Positions 9,621-18,938 of a DNA stretch of 47,147 bases are shown in pieces; the stretch's first letter is position 1, and every line of letters begins with the position of its first letter. The position numbers and the translations under genes are program-made. This DNA comes from Myxococcota bacterium (GTDB taxonomy: Bacteria > Myxococcota > JACRCW01): contig JBFMGU010000056.1 of the NCBI GenBank assembly GCA_040752415.1, positions 1 through 47,147 on the forward strand. The letters run 5' to 3'. The notes beneath the pieces are model-generated. The model was not told the DNA's origin. It ran no database searches and saw only the letters and a program-made list of their open reading frames with translations.

Positions 9621-10622
9621 TCACGGCGGATTCAGCGTCACGCTGACGGTGGCACGCTGCCCCGGCGCGGCGTTCTGGGTGCGTTGACCGGTCCACGTCC
9701 CCGCCGTGCCGGCGCCAGTCACCACCGTGCGCCAGTCGCCGGGGAGGAACGTGGTGCGGAGCGCGCCGCCGTCGGCGCAGGGGCGGTCAAACGCGTCCTC
9801 GGCCACGTCGGAGCCGGAGCGGAAGATCTCCACGTGCACCGTGGCCACACCGGCCTGTGCGCACGTGCTGCCGTTGAGCACCCAGCCCACGTCCAGGTCG
9901 GCGAAGCGATCCTCGATGATGTCCAGCTGCACCGCGCCGAGGTCACCCAGCGTGCCCGAGAGGAGCAGGATCTGCTGCGGCGCCGAGACGTAGTAGGTGA
10001 CCGGCAGCCCGTTGTACGTGCCCTCCCCCTCCAGCGTGACGACGTACGGACCGGGCCGGAACTGGTCAATGGTGGCGGGACCGGAGAGGCAGTCGATGGG
10101 CTCGTTGAACACCTCGATGCCGCCCTGCTCCTCGATGATGATGCGCACGTTGTCGACCTCGGCGGCTTCGCAGTTGGGCGTGGGACCGCCGTTCACGGTC
10201 TGGAAGGTCCAGTCCACGTTCAGCGAGGCGGGCGGCGCCGCGGCGAGGACGAGCACGCCGAGGTCATTGAGCGCACCGTCGGTGACGGAGAAACCGAATT
10301 CCCCCTCGTGCACCAGGACGGCGTTGCTCGCGTCCACCTGGCGCAGCCCCTGCAGCGTGATCGTCCACTCGCCCTCGACGAGATCCTCGTGCCGCACACC
10401 GGGGACGTCGCAATCCACGTCGTTGGGGCCCACGGTCTGACCGTCGCTGCGACGGAGCGTGTAGCGGATGAGGTCCGTGCGGTTGTCCGCGCAGGAGCCG
10501 CCGCCGTCGAAAGCCCACGTGAACGCCACGTCGCCACGGCCCAGGCTGCCTCCGCCCACCGGGATGATGATGCACCCGCTCACCCACAGCGTGATGCCCA
10601 GGAGCAGCGACGGCTTGTTCAC
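9621..10622 (-). CDS. Paralogous lipoprotein with three Cys-paired repeats
   Basis: GGAGG RBS and GTG start (VNKPSLLLGITLWVSG-C). Shares VDWTFQ, VDNVRII, VTLEG.GTYN and LRTTFLPGDWRTVV with the next gene. Confidence 0.8.
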   Translation of the reverse strand: MNKPSLLLGITLWVSGCIIIPVGGGSLGRGDVAFTWAFDGGGSCADNRTDLIRYTLRRSDGQTVGPNDVDCDVPGVRHEDLVEGEWTITLQGLRQVDASNAVLVHEGEFGFSVTDGALNDLGVLVLAAAPPASLNVDWTFQTVNGGPTPNCEAAEVDNVRIIIEEQGGIEVFNEPIDCLSGPATIDQFRPGPYVVTLEGEGTYNGLPVTYYVSAPQQILLLSGTLGDLGAVQLDIIEDRFADLDVGWVLNGSTCAQAGVATVHVEIFRSGSDVAEDAFDRPCADGGALRTTFLPGDWRTVVTGAGTAGTWTGQRTQNAAPGQRATVSVTLNPP

Positions 10623-10740
10623 GTGGTCCTCCGTTGGCGGTGCGTGTAGCGCAGGCGCCTGGGAACCTCCAGTGGTCTTCCGACGCCATTCCGCGTTGAA
10701 TGGAACGCGCCGGGAGGGCGTCGAACGATGTTGGCGTGGT

Positions 10741-11066
10741 GGACGACGAACACTAAGGGGCTGCGTCAGAACAAGATGCCCAGTGGGGTTGCGGACGTCG
10801 TGAGCGGACCACGACCTGGAGTGCGGCGGGCCCTCGCCGCCCTGGCCAGCGCCGAGCGCGTTCACAGCGGGCCGAACAGCCCCGGGACTCCATGACGTCG
10901 GGCGAGGCGTTGCCTCGTGGCGCGTGGCGCCTTGACGGTTGTCCAAACCGCTCGACGCTGACCAGGGCGGCGAGGGCCCGCCGCGCTCCAGGTCGTGGTC
11001 CACTGGAGGCGATCAGGACCAGATGGGCAACTTATCTTGACGCAGCCCCTTGGGTGTTCGCCGTCC
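10741..11066. repeat. Nested inverted-repeat element in a divergent intergenic region
   Basis: Inner arms 10806-10858/10949-11001 (50 of 53). Outer arms about 10741-10786/11019-11066 are imperfect, with a perfect 14-bp core AAGGGGCTGCGTCA. Confidence 0.9.
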
Positions 11067-11206
11067 GTGCAGCGCCCCAACCGCCAACGTCTCATGACGC
11101 TGCCCGTGGCTTTGCCCAACGCAGCACCATCCGTCTCCCACCGCGTGAACATGCCCGCGCGTGGCCGTGTTAAGGGAGCAGACCCCGGTGGAGGTGCGGG
11201 AGTCCC

Positions 11207-12430
11207 ATGGCCATCATCGTGCAGAAGTACGGCGGCAGCAGCGTGGCGGACGCGGACAAGCTCAAGCGCGTGGCGCAGCTGGCGGTGGAGTGCAAGCGGA
11301 AGGGAAATGACGTCGTCATTGTGGTCAGCGCCATGGGCAAGACCACGGATTCACTGCTGGCGCAGGCGCACGCCATCAGCCCCAACCCGGACCGTCGTGA
11401 GCTGGACATGCTGCTCTCCGTGGGGGAGCGCATCAGCATGGCGCTCTTGGCCATGGCCATCCGCGACCTGGGCGAGAACGCCATCAGCTTCACCGGCAGC
11501 CAGTCCGGCATCATCACCAACGACCGACACGCCGACGCGCGCATCATCGAGGTCCGTCCCTACCGCATCCAGGATGAGCTGACGCGTGGGCGCATGGTGA
11601 TCGTCGCCGGGTACCAGGGCGTGAGCTACCGGAAGGAAATCACCACGCTGGGTCGTGGCGGAAGCGACACCACCGCCGTGGCCCTGGCCGCCGCCCTGGG
11701 CGCGGAGCGGTGCGAGATCTACAGCGACGTCGACGGCATCTTCACCGCGGACCCGCGCCTGGTCCCCGCGGCCATGAAGATCAACGCGCTCTCCCACCTG
11801 GAGATGCAGGAGCTCGCCGAGAGCGGCGCCAAGGTGCTCAACGCGCAGGCCGTGGAGTTCGCGCGCAAGGCCGGCATCCACCTCTACGCGCGCAAGACCG
11901 GTGACCCCTCCCAGGGCACCGAGGTCCGTCTCGACGCACCGCCGCCCTCCCGCGGCGTCCGCGCCGTCAGCCACCGCTCCCGCGTGGTCTGGCTCACCGG
12001 TCGCGTGGCGACGGAAAAACTGTTCGCCGCGCTGGACGAGCACCACGCTCCCGCGGAGCTGGTGTGGTTGGATGACCCGGAGGGCGAGACCACCGCCGTG
12101 CGCGCCGTGCTTCCGCCGGAGAACCTGCATGGCCTTCCCGCGCTGCGCGCCGCGCTCTCGTCCGCATTTGGCGGCGCGGTGAAGCTGGAGGAAGGCCTGG
12201 GCACGGTCAGCCTGGTGGGCGACGGCCTGGGCGCCACCCACGGCGTGCTGCGCGACGCGCTCAAGGCCCTTTCCGCCACGTCCGTGCGTCCCGTGGCCAC
12301 GCTCTCCACCGCGCTGCGCCTGGGCTTCGTGCTGCCGCAGTCCGACGTGGAGAAGGCCGCGCGCGCACTGCATCGCACCTTCCTCGAGGCCACGGGTGGG
12401 CAGCCCTCGCCTCATCATCCCGACCGTTGA
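11207..12430 (+). CDS. lysC: Aspartate kinase
   Basis: [45 protein letters not shown]; degenerate C-terminal ACT region. Confidence 0.93.
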   Translation: MAIIVQKYGGSSVADADKLKRVAQLAVECKRKGNDVVIVVSAMGKTTDSLLAQAHAISPNPDRRELDMLLSVGERISMALLAMAIRDLGENAISFTGSQSGIITNDRHADARIIEVRPYRIQDELTRGRMVIVAGYQGVSYRKEITTLGRGGSDTTAVALAAALGAERCEIYSDVDGIFTADPRLVPAAMKINALSHLEMQELAESGAKVLNAQAVEFARKAGIHLYARKTGDPSQGTEVRLDAPPPSRGVRAVSHRSRVVWLTGRVATEKLFAALDEHHAPAELVWLDDPEGETTAVRAVLPPENLHGLPALRAALSSAFGGAVKLEEGLGTVSLVGDGLGATHGVLRDALKALSATSVRPVATLSTALRLGFVLPQSDVEKAARALHRTFLEATGGQPSPHHPDR

Positions 12431-12466
12431 CCTACGTAGGACCGGCGGTTAATCCCGGGCCCGTCC

Positions 12467-13225
12467 ATGCACTCCATCACCGCATTCCTCGTCCCAGCCC
12501 AGAAGGCCTCCGCCACGGACCTCTCGTTGTGGGAGACGCTGACCCACAGCGGTCCCGTGGTGTTCTCCATCCTGGTCCTGCTCATCCTCTTCTCCGTGGT
12601 GAGCTGGGCCATCATTGCCTACAAGATCTGGGTCCTGCGGGAAGCCACCGTGAAGAGCGCGGCCTTCCTGGACAGCTTCTGGGCCAGCAAGCGCCTCGAC
12701 GTCATCTACGGCCGCGTGGACGAGTTCCTCCCCTCCCCCGTGGCTGCCGTGTTCAAGGCCGGCTACCTGGAGCTGACGCGCGTCATGCCCAAGCCCGGTG
12801 AAGCCGCCGACAAGGAAGCCGCGCTGTTTGGTGGCGCCGAGAACGTGGAGCGCGCCATGCGCCGGGCGGCGGGTGCGCAGCTGACGTCGCTGGAGTCGCT
12901 GGTTCCCACGCTGGCCACCACGGGCAGCACCGCGCCGTTCATCGGCCTCCTGGGCACCGTGCTGGGCATCATGAAGGCGTTCCACCAGATTGGCGTCGTG
13001 GGCGCGGCCAGCCTGGCCACCGTGGCGCCGGGCATCAGCGAGGCGCTCATTGCCACCGCGGTGGGCCTGTTTGCCGCCATCCCCGCCGTCATTGCGTTCA
13101 ACTTCTTCAACGCCCGCATCCGGGTGCTGGGCACGGAGATGGAGAGCTTCTCCGCGGACTTCATGAACATCGTCCGTCGTCACTTCATGGCGGCGGGGGG
13201 TGGCCACGGCGGCGGAGGGGCGTGA
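12467..13225 (+). CDS. tolQ: TolQ (MotA/TolQ/ExbB proton channel)
   Basis: LATTGSTAPFIGLLGTVLGIM and VAPGISEALIATAVGLFAAIPA. Confidence 0.9.
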   Translation: MHSITAFLVPAQKASATDLSLWETLTHSGPVVFSILVLLILFSVVSWAIIAYKIWVLREATVKSAAFLDSFWASKRLDVIYGRVDEFLPSPVAAVFKAGYLELTRVMPKPGEAADKEAALFGGAENVERAMRRAAGAQLTSLESLVPTLATTGSTAPFIGLLGTVLGIMKAFHQIGVVGAASLATVAPGISEALIATAVGLFAAIPAVIAFNFFNARIRVLGTEMESFSADFMNIVRRHFMAAGGGHGGGGA

Positions 13226-13226
13226 C

Positions 13227-13649
13227 GTGGCGTTCAGCAGCGGAGGTGGCGGCAAGGCCATGGCAGACATCAACGTCACGCCGCTCGTCGACGTGATGCT
13301 GGTGCTCCTCATCATCTTCATGGTCACCACGCCGCTGATGGAGCAGGGCATCCAGGTGGACCTGCCCAAGACCAAGGCGGCCAGCATGAGCTCCAAGGAG
13401 CAGAAGCTGGTCCTCACCGTCACCAAGGAACAGCGCATCTACCTGGGCAAGACGGAAATCCCCAAGGAGGAGCTGCTGGTGAAGCTCAAGGCCAATGAGC
13501 GCATCAAGCAGGAGAAGGAGGTCTATCTCCACGCCGACCAGGCCCTCCCCTACGGCGTGGTGGTCAGCGTCATGGGTGTCCTCAAGGAAGCCGGCGTGGA
13601 AGCGCTGGGCATGATCACCGACCCCATGGGCGCCGCCCCCTCACCCTGA
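13227..13649 (+). CDS. tolR: TolR (ExbD/TolR family)
   Basis: INVTPLVDVMLVLLIIFMVT, VDLPK, ADQALPYG. GTG start just after the tolQ stop. Confidence 0.9.
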   Translation: MAFSSGGGGKAMADINVTPLVDVMLVLLIIFMVTTPLMEQGIQVDLPKTKAASMSSKEQKLVLTVTKEQRIYLGKTEIPKEELLVKLKANERIKQEKEVYLHADQALPYGVVVSVMGVLKEAGVEALGMITDPMGAAPSP

Positions 13650-13689
13650 CGGAAGAACCTTTCCCCTCCCCGAGCGTTGAACCCACGAC

Positions 13690-14478
13690 ATGACCACCCG
13701 CGGCGCCCCCACCAGCACCCTGCACGCACCGATGATGAGTCGGTCGTTTGCCATCACGCTGGGCGTCAGCCTGGGTCTGCACGTGGGCGCGCTGGCCGGG
13801 TACGCGTGGTGGGACGCGCACCGCCTCGACGTCATTGAGACGCCCGACCAGCCCATCCGCGCCGTCATGGTCCGCCTGGGCAAACCTCGCGACCCCAAGC
13901 TGCTGCCGCGCATTGACCAGGCGCCCGCTCCCAAGCCGGCCTCCAAGGAAATCCCCGTCCCCAGCAATGACGCCAAGGCGGTGCAGAAGCTGGACGACAA
14001 GCGCGAGGCGAAAGAGGACAAGGAGCGCATGCAGAACGCGCTGGACCGCATCCGGGAGCAGGTGGAGCGCGACAAGCAGAAGGACAGCGCGCTGGCCCGC
14101 ATTGCCGAGCGCGTGGGCCCCGCCGACGACGAGGAGCCGGAAGGCCAGGAGGACGGCGACAAGCGCGGTGAGTCGGCCACGCCCATGCAGGTGAACGCAT
14201 ACTTTGCCAGCCTCCGCATGGCGGTGAAGCAGCGCTACGTGGTGCCCAGCGTCATCCAGGTGCACGAGTGCGCGCGGCTGGAGGCCACGGTGGCAGTGCG
14301 CATGGACGCCAGCGGTGAGGTGCAGTCCGTGGACGTCATGAAGCGCTCCGGGCACGAGCTCTTTGACGCCGCGGTGGTCCAGGCCGTGAAAGCCGCCAGC
14401 CCCCTGCCCCCGCCACCGCCGAACATGCGCGAGCTGGTCACCAAGGGGTTTGGCTTCAAGTTCCGCTGCAGCGACTGA
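13690..14478 (+). CDS. tolA: TolA/TonB-family energy transducer
   Basis: TM with SLGLH (SxxxH) motif, charged linker, C-terminal [24 protein letters not shown] domain; follows tolQR. Confidence 0.78.
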   Translation: MTTRGAPTSTLHAPMMSRSFAITLGVSLGLHVGALAGYAWWDAHRLDVIETPDQPIRAVMVRLGKPRDPKLLPRIDQAPAPKPASKEIPVPSNDAKAVQKLDDKREAKEDKERMQNALDRIREQVERDKQKDSALARIAERVGPADDEEPEGQEDGDKRGESATPMQVNAYFASLRMAVKQRYVVPSVIQVHECARLEATVAVRMDASGEVQSVDVMKRSGHELFDAAVVQAVKAASPLPPPPPNMRELVTKGFGFKFRCSD

Positions 14479-14510
14479 GGCTGCGGCGTGGGCCGGCGCG
14501 GAAATGCCGG

Positions 14511-14539
14511 TTGACCGCCTTCCCGGTGACTCCTAGGAT
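14511..14539 (+). promoter_or_regulatory. Putative sigma70 promoter of greA
   Basis: TTGACC-N17-TAGGAT, 76 nt before the greA ATG. Confidence 0.55.
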
Positions 14540-14615
14540 TTTCGCCGACGTGACCTCGGTTGGCCGCGACGGCAACCGCGCGCGTCACCACCCTCCGCAC
14601 AGGACGAGAGTTGTC

Positions 14616-15098
14616 ATGCCACCACCGGACCGCATCCCGATGACGCTGCAAGGGCAGGAGAGGCTCAAGGAGGAGCTCAAGCAGCTCAAGGGCGTGGAGC
14701 GCAAGAAGATCTCCGAGGAGATTGAAGTGGCGCGCGCCCACGGCGACCTGCGCGAGAACGCGGAGTACCACGCCGCCAAGGAGAAGCAGTCGTTCATCGA
14801 GGGGCGCATCCTGGAGCTGGAGGACAAGCTGGCGCGCGCGCAGGTCATTGACGTCAGCAAGCTCTCCGGGGACCGCGTGGTCTTTGGCGCCACCGTCACC
14901 TTCGTGGACACGGAGACCGACGAGAAGAGCGTCTACATGATCGTGGGTGACGACGAGGCGGACCTCAAGGTGGGCAAGATCAGCATCTCCAGCCCCATTG
15001 CCCGCGCGCTCATTGGCAAGAACGAGGGTGACGAGGTGGACGTCCGCACGCCCAAGGGGGCGCGGAAGGTGGAGATTGTCTCCGTGGAGTTCAAGTGA
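14616..15098 (+). CDS. greA: Transcription elongation factor GreA
   Basis: [39 protein letters not shown]. Confidence 0.96.
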   Translation: MPPPDRIPMTLQGQERLKEELKQLKGVERKKISEEIEVARAHGDLRENAEYHAAKEKQSFIEGRILELEDKLARAQVIDVSKLSGDRVVFGATVTFVDTETDEKSVYMIVGDDEADLKVGKISISSPIARALIGKNEGDEVDVRTPKGARKVEIVSVEFK

Positions 15099-16739
15099 TC
15101 ACGGCGCGGTGCTGAGCGCTTCCAGCACCAAGCGGATCTGCTCCGCGTTCTCGGCCTTGGGCCGCAGCTCCAGGTAGCGACGGTAGTGGTGGCGCGCGTC
15201 CCGGTACGCGCTGCGACGGTAGTGGAGCACGCCCAGCCTCAGGTGCGCCTCGGCCAGCTCGTCGTCCTTCTCCACGGCGGCGCGGAGGGCCTTCAGCGCG
15301 TCGGCGTCACGCCCCTGGTCCAACAGCCTCAGCCCCTTCCTGAGGTCCGCGCGCGCAGCCTGCCGCTGCGCCGGTGTGGGAGCTGGAGCGGGCGCCACCA
15401 CCACCTCGGGTGTCGTCGGAGCGGGCGGGGGTTGGGCGGGAGCCGGCTCGGGCGGAGGCGCGGCCACGGGCTGCGGGCTCGGCGTTGCGGACACCGCCGG
15501 CGACGTTGCGAGCGACACCGTGGGCCTGGGCGACGACGGCGTCAGCCAACGCAACGTGGCGGCGGCGCTCACCCCCATCAGCAGCGTGAAACCCACCAGG
15601 TACGCCGCCCACTGTCGCGGCCCCAGCACCTCCACCTGCTGGCTCGGGTCCACCGCCGTGGGCGCGCCGCTGAACCACTCCTCCGTGGCGCTGGCACGCG
15701 CGGGCGACGACGAGGGTTCCGTTGGCGGAGCCCCCCGGTCCACCACCGTGTCCGCCTCCGACGAGGGCGCAACCGGCTCGGGCGGCGCGCTGCGGCTGCC
15801 GGTCCCCGGGCTGGTGACGACGGGCGGAATGCTGGTGGAGGCCCCCAGGGTCCTGCGCCCGCCGGCGGACGGGAGCGCCGCCACCGCACGCATGGCCTCC
15901 AGCGCCGAGGAGAAACGCTGCGCGCGGTCCTTGGCCACCATGCGCCGCAGCACCGCCTCCAGGCCCTCGGGCATGAGCGCGTCGGGGCGTGCGTCGTCCA
16001 GGAGCGGCGGGTCCGTGTGCTGGACGCGTTGCAGCGTGTCGCGCGCGTCGACGCCGCGGAACGGGTTCTGGCCCAGCAACAGCTGATAGGCGACCACGCC
16101 CGCGCTGTAGACGTCGGCCCGGGGATCCATGGCCTCACCCAGCGCCTGCTCCGGGCTCATGTACTCCGGCGTGCCAAACAACGTGCCCGGCTGCGTGAGC
16201 GGTCGCTCGGCGTCACCCTCGAGAAGCTTGGCAATCCCGAAGTCCACCAGCTTCACCAGGTCACGCTCCACCGCCTTCTGCGTGATCATGATGTTCTGCG
16301 GTTTGACGTCGCGGTGGAGGATGCCGGCCTCGTGCACCGCGGCCAGTCCGCCCAACAGCTGGCGCAGGATCTTCACGGCGCGGTTGACGTCGAAGGGCCC
16401 GGTGATGCGCTGCTCCTCCGCCAGCGTGACGCCGTCAATGAACTCCATGGCAATGAACAGCGTCCCGAACGCCTCCCCCACGTCCAGGATGCCCACGCAG
16501 TGCTCGTCCTTCACCCGGGCCAGGATCTGCGCCTCGCGTCGGAAGCGCTCCACCTGGACGGCATCCCGCATGCGCGCACGGGAGAGCACCTTGACCGCCA
16601 CCGGGCTCCCCAGGAGCACATGCTCCCCTCGGTAGACCGCCCCCATCCCCCCGCGACCCACCTGGGCCAGCAAGCGGAAGCGTTCGCCGACCACCTGATG
16701 CAGGAACGGGTCGGCGTCGGTGGTGGGCTCTTCTCGCAA
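15099..16739 (-). CDS. Ser/Thr protein kinase with TM and C-terminal TPR
   Basis: GRGGMG, VAVK, HRDVKPQN, DFG, GTPEYMSPE; TM; Pro-rich linker; TPR (AEAHLRLGVLHY...YRRYLELRP). Confidence 0.9.
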   Translation of the reverse strand: MREEPTTDADPFLHQVVGERFRLLAQVGRGGMGAVYRGEHVLLGSPVAVKVLSRARMRDAVQVERFRREAQILARVKDEHCVGILDVGEAFGTLFIAMEFIDGVTLAEEQRITGPFDVNRAVKILRQLLGGLAAVHEAGILHRDVKPQNIMITQKAVERDLVKLVDFGIAKLLEGDAERPLTQPGTLFGTPEYMSPEQALGEAMDPRADVYSAGVVAYQLLLGQNPFRGVDARDTLQRVQHTDPPLLDDARPDALMPEGLEAVLRRMVAKDRAQRFSSALEAMRAVAALPSAGGRRTLGASTSIPPVVTSPGTGSRSAPPEPVAPSSEADTVVDRGAPPTEPSSSPARASATEEWFSGAPTAVDPSQQVEVLGPRQWAAYLVGFTLLMGVSAAATLRWLTPSSPRPTVSLATSPAVSATPSPQPVAAPPPEPAPAQPPPAPTTPEVVVAPAPAPTPAQRQAARADLRKGLRLLDQGRDADALKALRAAVEKDDELAEAHLRLGVLHYRRSAYRDARHHYRRYLELRPKAENAEQIRLVLEALSTAP

Positions 16740-16766
16740 GGGTCCTTCCCGGCGGGCTCCCGAAGT

Positions 16767-16796
16767 TTGACGCTAGAAGCGCCTCCTCAATAGCAT
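16767..16796 (+). promoter_or_regulatory. Putative sigma70 promoter
   Basis: TTGACG-N18-TAGCAT, 33 nt before the ATG at 16830. Confidence 0.45.
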
Positions 16797-16829
16797 GCGG
16801 TCCCCGGCCACCGCTGTGTGCCCACGCCC

Positions 16830-18158
16830 ATGAAAACCTGTCCCCAGTGCGAGCGCCAGTTCGAGGACGACGAGCAGAAATGCCCGGATGACGGCGCAGT
16901 GCTGGTCAAGTCCGGGGTGAAGAACAACCCCGTGCTGCCGGGTGTGCGCACCGTGGCCAACGACGCGCGCACGGCCATGTTCACGCTGGAGGAGTTCCAG
17001 AAGGAGAAGGAGCGCCTGGACGCCGGGGACAACCCGCTCCTCTCCGACGACGACGCCGAGACCGCCAGCACCATCTCCCCCATGCTGCGTCGGGATGACC
17101 GCGACGCCACCCGCGCGCTGACCCCGGAGCAGCTGGAGCAGATGCGTGCGGAGCGGGAGGGCCGGAAGAACGGCGTGGCCGCGCCGGCCCTGGCCCAGGG
17201 GACCATCCCGGAGACGGCCAAGGAGCCGGAGACGCAGCAGACCGCGGCCATCCGTCGGAAGAAGAAGGACAAGGAGAAGACGGAGGCCACCCGGGGCAGG
17301 AAGTCGTCCGGGGAGGGCTCCAAGGTCGGGATCGTCGTGGCGGCGGTGGTGGGCGCGCTGGTGCTTCTGGGGGGCGGCGTGGGCGCGTACATGGCGTTCC
17401 TGCGCAAGGTCAGCCTGGAAGTGGTCTCCGTGCCGCCGGGCGCCATCGTGCTGGTGGACAGCGTGGAGCTGGGCGCGGCGCCGTTGAAGGCGGACGTGAA
17501 GCCCGGTGCCCACTCCGTGCGCGCGCGCCTGGAGGGCTACGAGGAGTTCGCCGACGTCGTCGACGTGCCCGCCAGCGGGAAGTCCTTTGTGGCCACGCTG
17601 CAGAAGCTGGGCGGGAAGCGCAGCGGCGGGGGCAACGACCCCATCCAGCAGAAGGCGGATGAGCTGCACAAGGAAGCCCGGGAGCTCATGGCGCGCGGGG
17701 ACCACGACGCTGCGGAAGCCAAGCTGCGTGCGCTGGCCGCGCTGGTTCCCGAGGACAACCGCGCCGCGGAGGCGCTGGCGGAGCTCTCCCGCAAGCGCAG
17801 CCCGACGAAGAGCGGCGGCACCAAGGCGGGCGGGGAGCGTGAGGGTGGGGATGACGAGAAGGGGGATGACGACGTCAACGTTGCCAAGATGAAACCCGCG
17901 CAACGGTCCAAGCTGGCGCAGAAGCAGCTGGACGACGCGCGCACCGCCTATGACCTGGGGGAGATGGCACGCGCCAAGGACCTGCTGACAAAGTGCGTGC
18001 GCTACGACCCCAAGAAAGCGCCATGCCACCGGTACCTGGCCCGCGTGTACACCAAGGAGGACAACAACGAGAAGGTGAAGTACCACCTGGAAAGGTACCT
18101 TGAGCTGGGCGGCAACGACGACGACTTCAAGGTCCGCGACTGGCTGAGGAGCCACTGA
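16830..18158 (+). CDS. Zinc-ribbon / TM / PEGA / TPR protein
   Basis: MKTCPQC...CPDDG zinc ribbon; TM; PEGA (SVPPGAIVLVD...GAAP...PGAHSV...GYE); C-terminal TPR-like helices. Confidence 0.82.
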   Translation: MKTCPQCERQFEDDEQKCPDDGAVLVKSGVKNNPVLPGVRTVANDARTAMFTLEEFQKEKERLDAGDNPLLSDDDAETASTISPMLRRDDRDATRALTPEQLEQMRAEREGRKNGVAAPALAQGTIPETAKEPETQQTAAIRRKKKDKEKTEATRGRKSSGEGSKVGIVVAAVVGALVLLGGGVGAYMAFLRKVSLEVVSVPPGAIVLVDSVELGAAPLKADVKPGAHSVRARLEGYEEFADVVDVPASGKSFVATLQKLGGKRSGGGNDPIQQKADELHKEARELMARGDHDAAEAKLRALAALVPEDNRAAEALAELSRKRSPTKSGGTKAGGEREGGDDEKGDDDVNVAKMKPAQRSKLAQKQLDDARTAYDLGEMARAKDLLTKCVRYDPKKAPCHRYLARVYTKEDNNEKVKYHLERYLELGGNDDDFKVRDWLRSH

Positions 18159-18170
18159 GGAGCAGCGCCG

Positions 18171-18596
18171 ATGTCCGAGAAGAACGCCACGGGGAAGGAA
18201 GCGCGGAAGAGCGCGCGCATCCCCATCGAGCTGAAGGTGGAATACAAGAAGATGAACACCTTCTTCTCGGACTACACCAAGAACATCTCCAAGGGCGGCA
18301 CGTTCATCAAGACGGACAAGCCGCTGAAGGTGGGCACGGAGTTCCTCTTCAAGCTGTCACTGCCCGCGCTGAGCCAGAGCGTGGACCTGCGCGGCCAGGT
18401 GGTGTGGATCAACGCCGAGGGCAACCTGCAGCGCCCGGAGATTCCCGACCGCGGCATGGGCATCCGCTTCATCTACGACAGCCCCGAGTCCCGGAAGGGC
18501 TTCGAGGAAATGGTGGAGAAGCTGATGCGCGAGTCCTTGGGTGACCTGCTGTTCACCAAGCTGGTGGGCGGGCGCAAGGCAGACGAAGGACGCTGA
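18171..18596 (+). CDS. PilZ-domain protein (myxobacterial TIGR02266 type)
   Basis: RKSAR (RxxxR), NISKGG (D/NxSxxG), GQVVW, GMGIRF. Confidence 0.9.
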   Translation: MSEKNATGKEARKSARIPIELKVEYKKMNTFFSDYTKNISKGGTFIKTDKPLKVGTEFLFKLSLPALSQSVDLRGQVVWINAEGNLQRPEIPDRGMGIRFIYDSPESRKGFEEMVEKLMRESLGDLLFTKLVGGRKADEGR

Positions 18597-18670
18597 ACCG
18601 GACGCGCCACAACGTCCCGCGTTTCCAGATCACGTTGTCACCGGGGGCATCGTTGGGATCGGGGCGCGCC

Positions 18671-18851
18671 GCATCAGCCCGAGCGAAAGCGGTACTTCAT
18701 ACCGCAGTCCGAGAGTGCCGGCCGTTCTCGTCCTGTGGTCCGCAGGGCCGGCACGTGCGTCCAGGGTGCGGGCAAGCGCCAACAACGGACCCAGGTGGCC
18801 CGCACCCTTTCGGACTGCGGCATGAAGTGCCGCTTTCGCTCGGACGGATGC
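18671..18851. repeat. Branched inverted-repeat element between convergent genes
   Basis: Stem 18671-18712/18810-18851 (38 of 42) enclosing hairpins 18715-18723/18746-18754 and 18763-18773/18798-18808. Confidence 0.9.
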
Positions 18852-18938
18852 CGCAGCCCGAGCCGGGCACCGGTGTTGTTCCGCAATGGGGAAGGAGGCT
18901 GACGTCGCGGGGCGGCGGATGGTGGCGCCGCGCCGCCG

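Noticed and set aside
10623..11206. Lysine riboswitch upstream of lysC
   Set aside because: No recognisable L-box architecture or expression platform; the structure is explained by long near-perfect inverted repeats.
12427..12455. Sigma70 promoter for tolQ
   Set aside because: TTGACC is present but the -10 at 17 bp (TAATCC) is weak; readthrough from lysC is equally plausible.
3604..18851. CRISPR array or autonomous IS explaining the repeats
   Set aside because: The repeats are inverted, not regularly spaced direct repeats; no cas, transposase or integrase gene is in the window.
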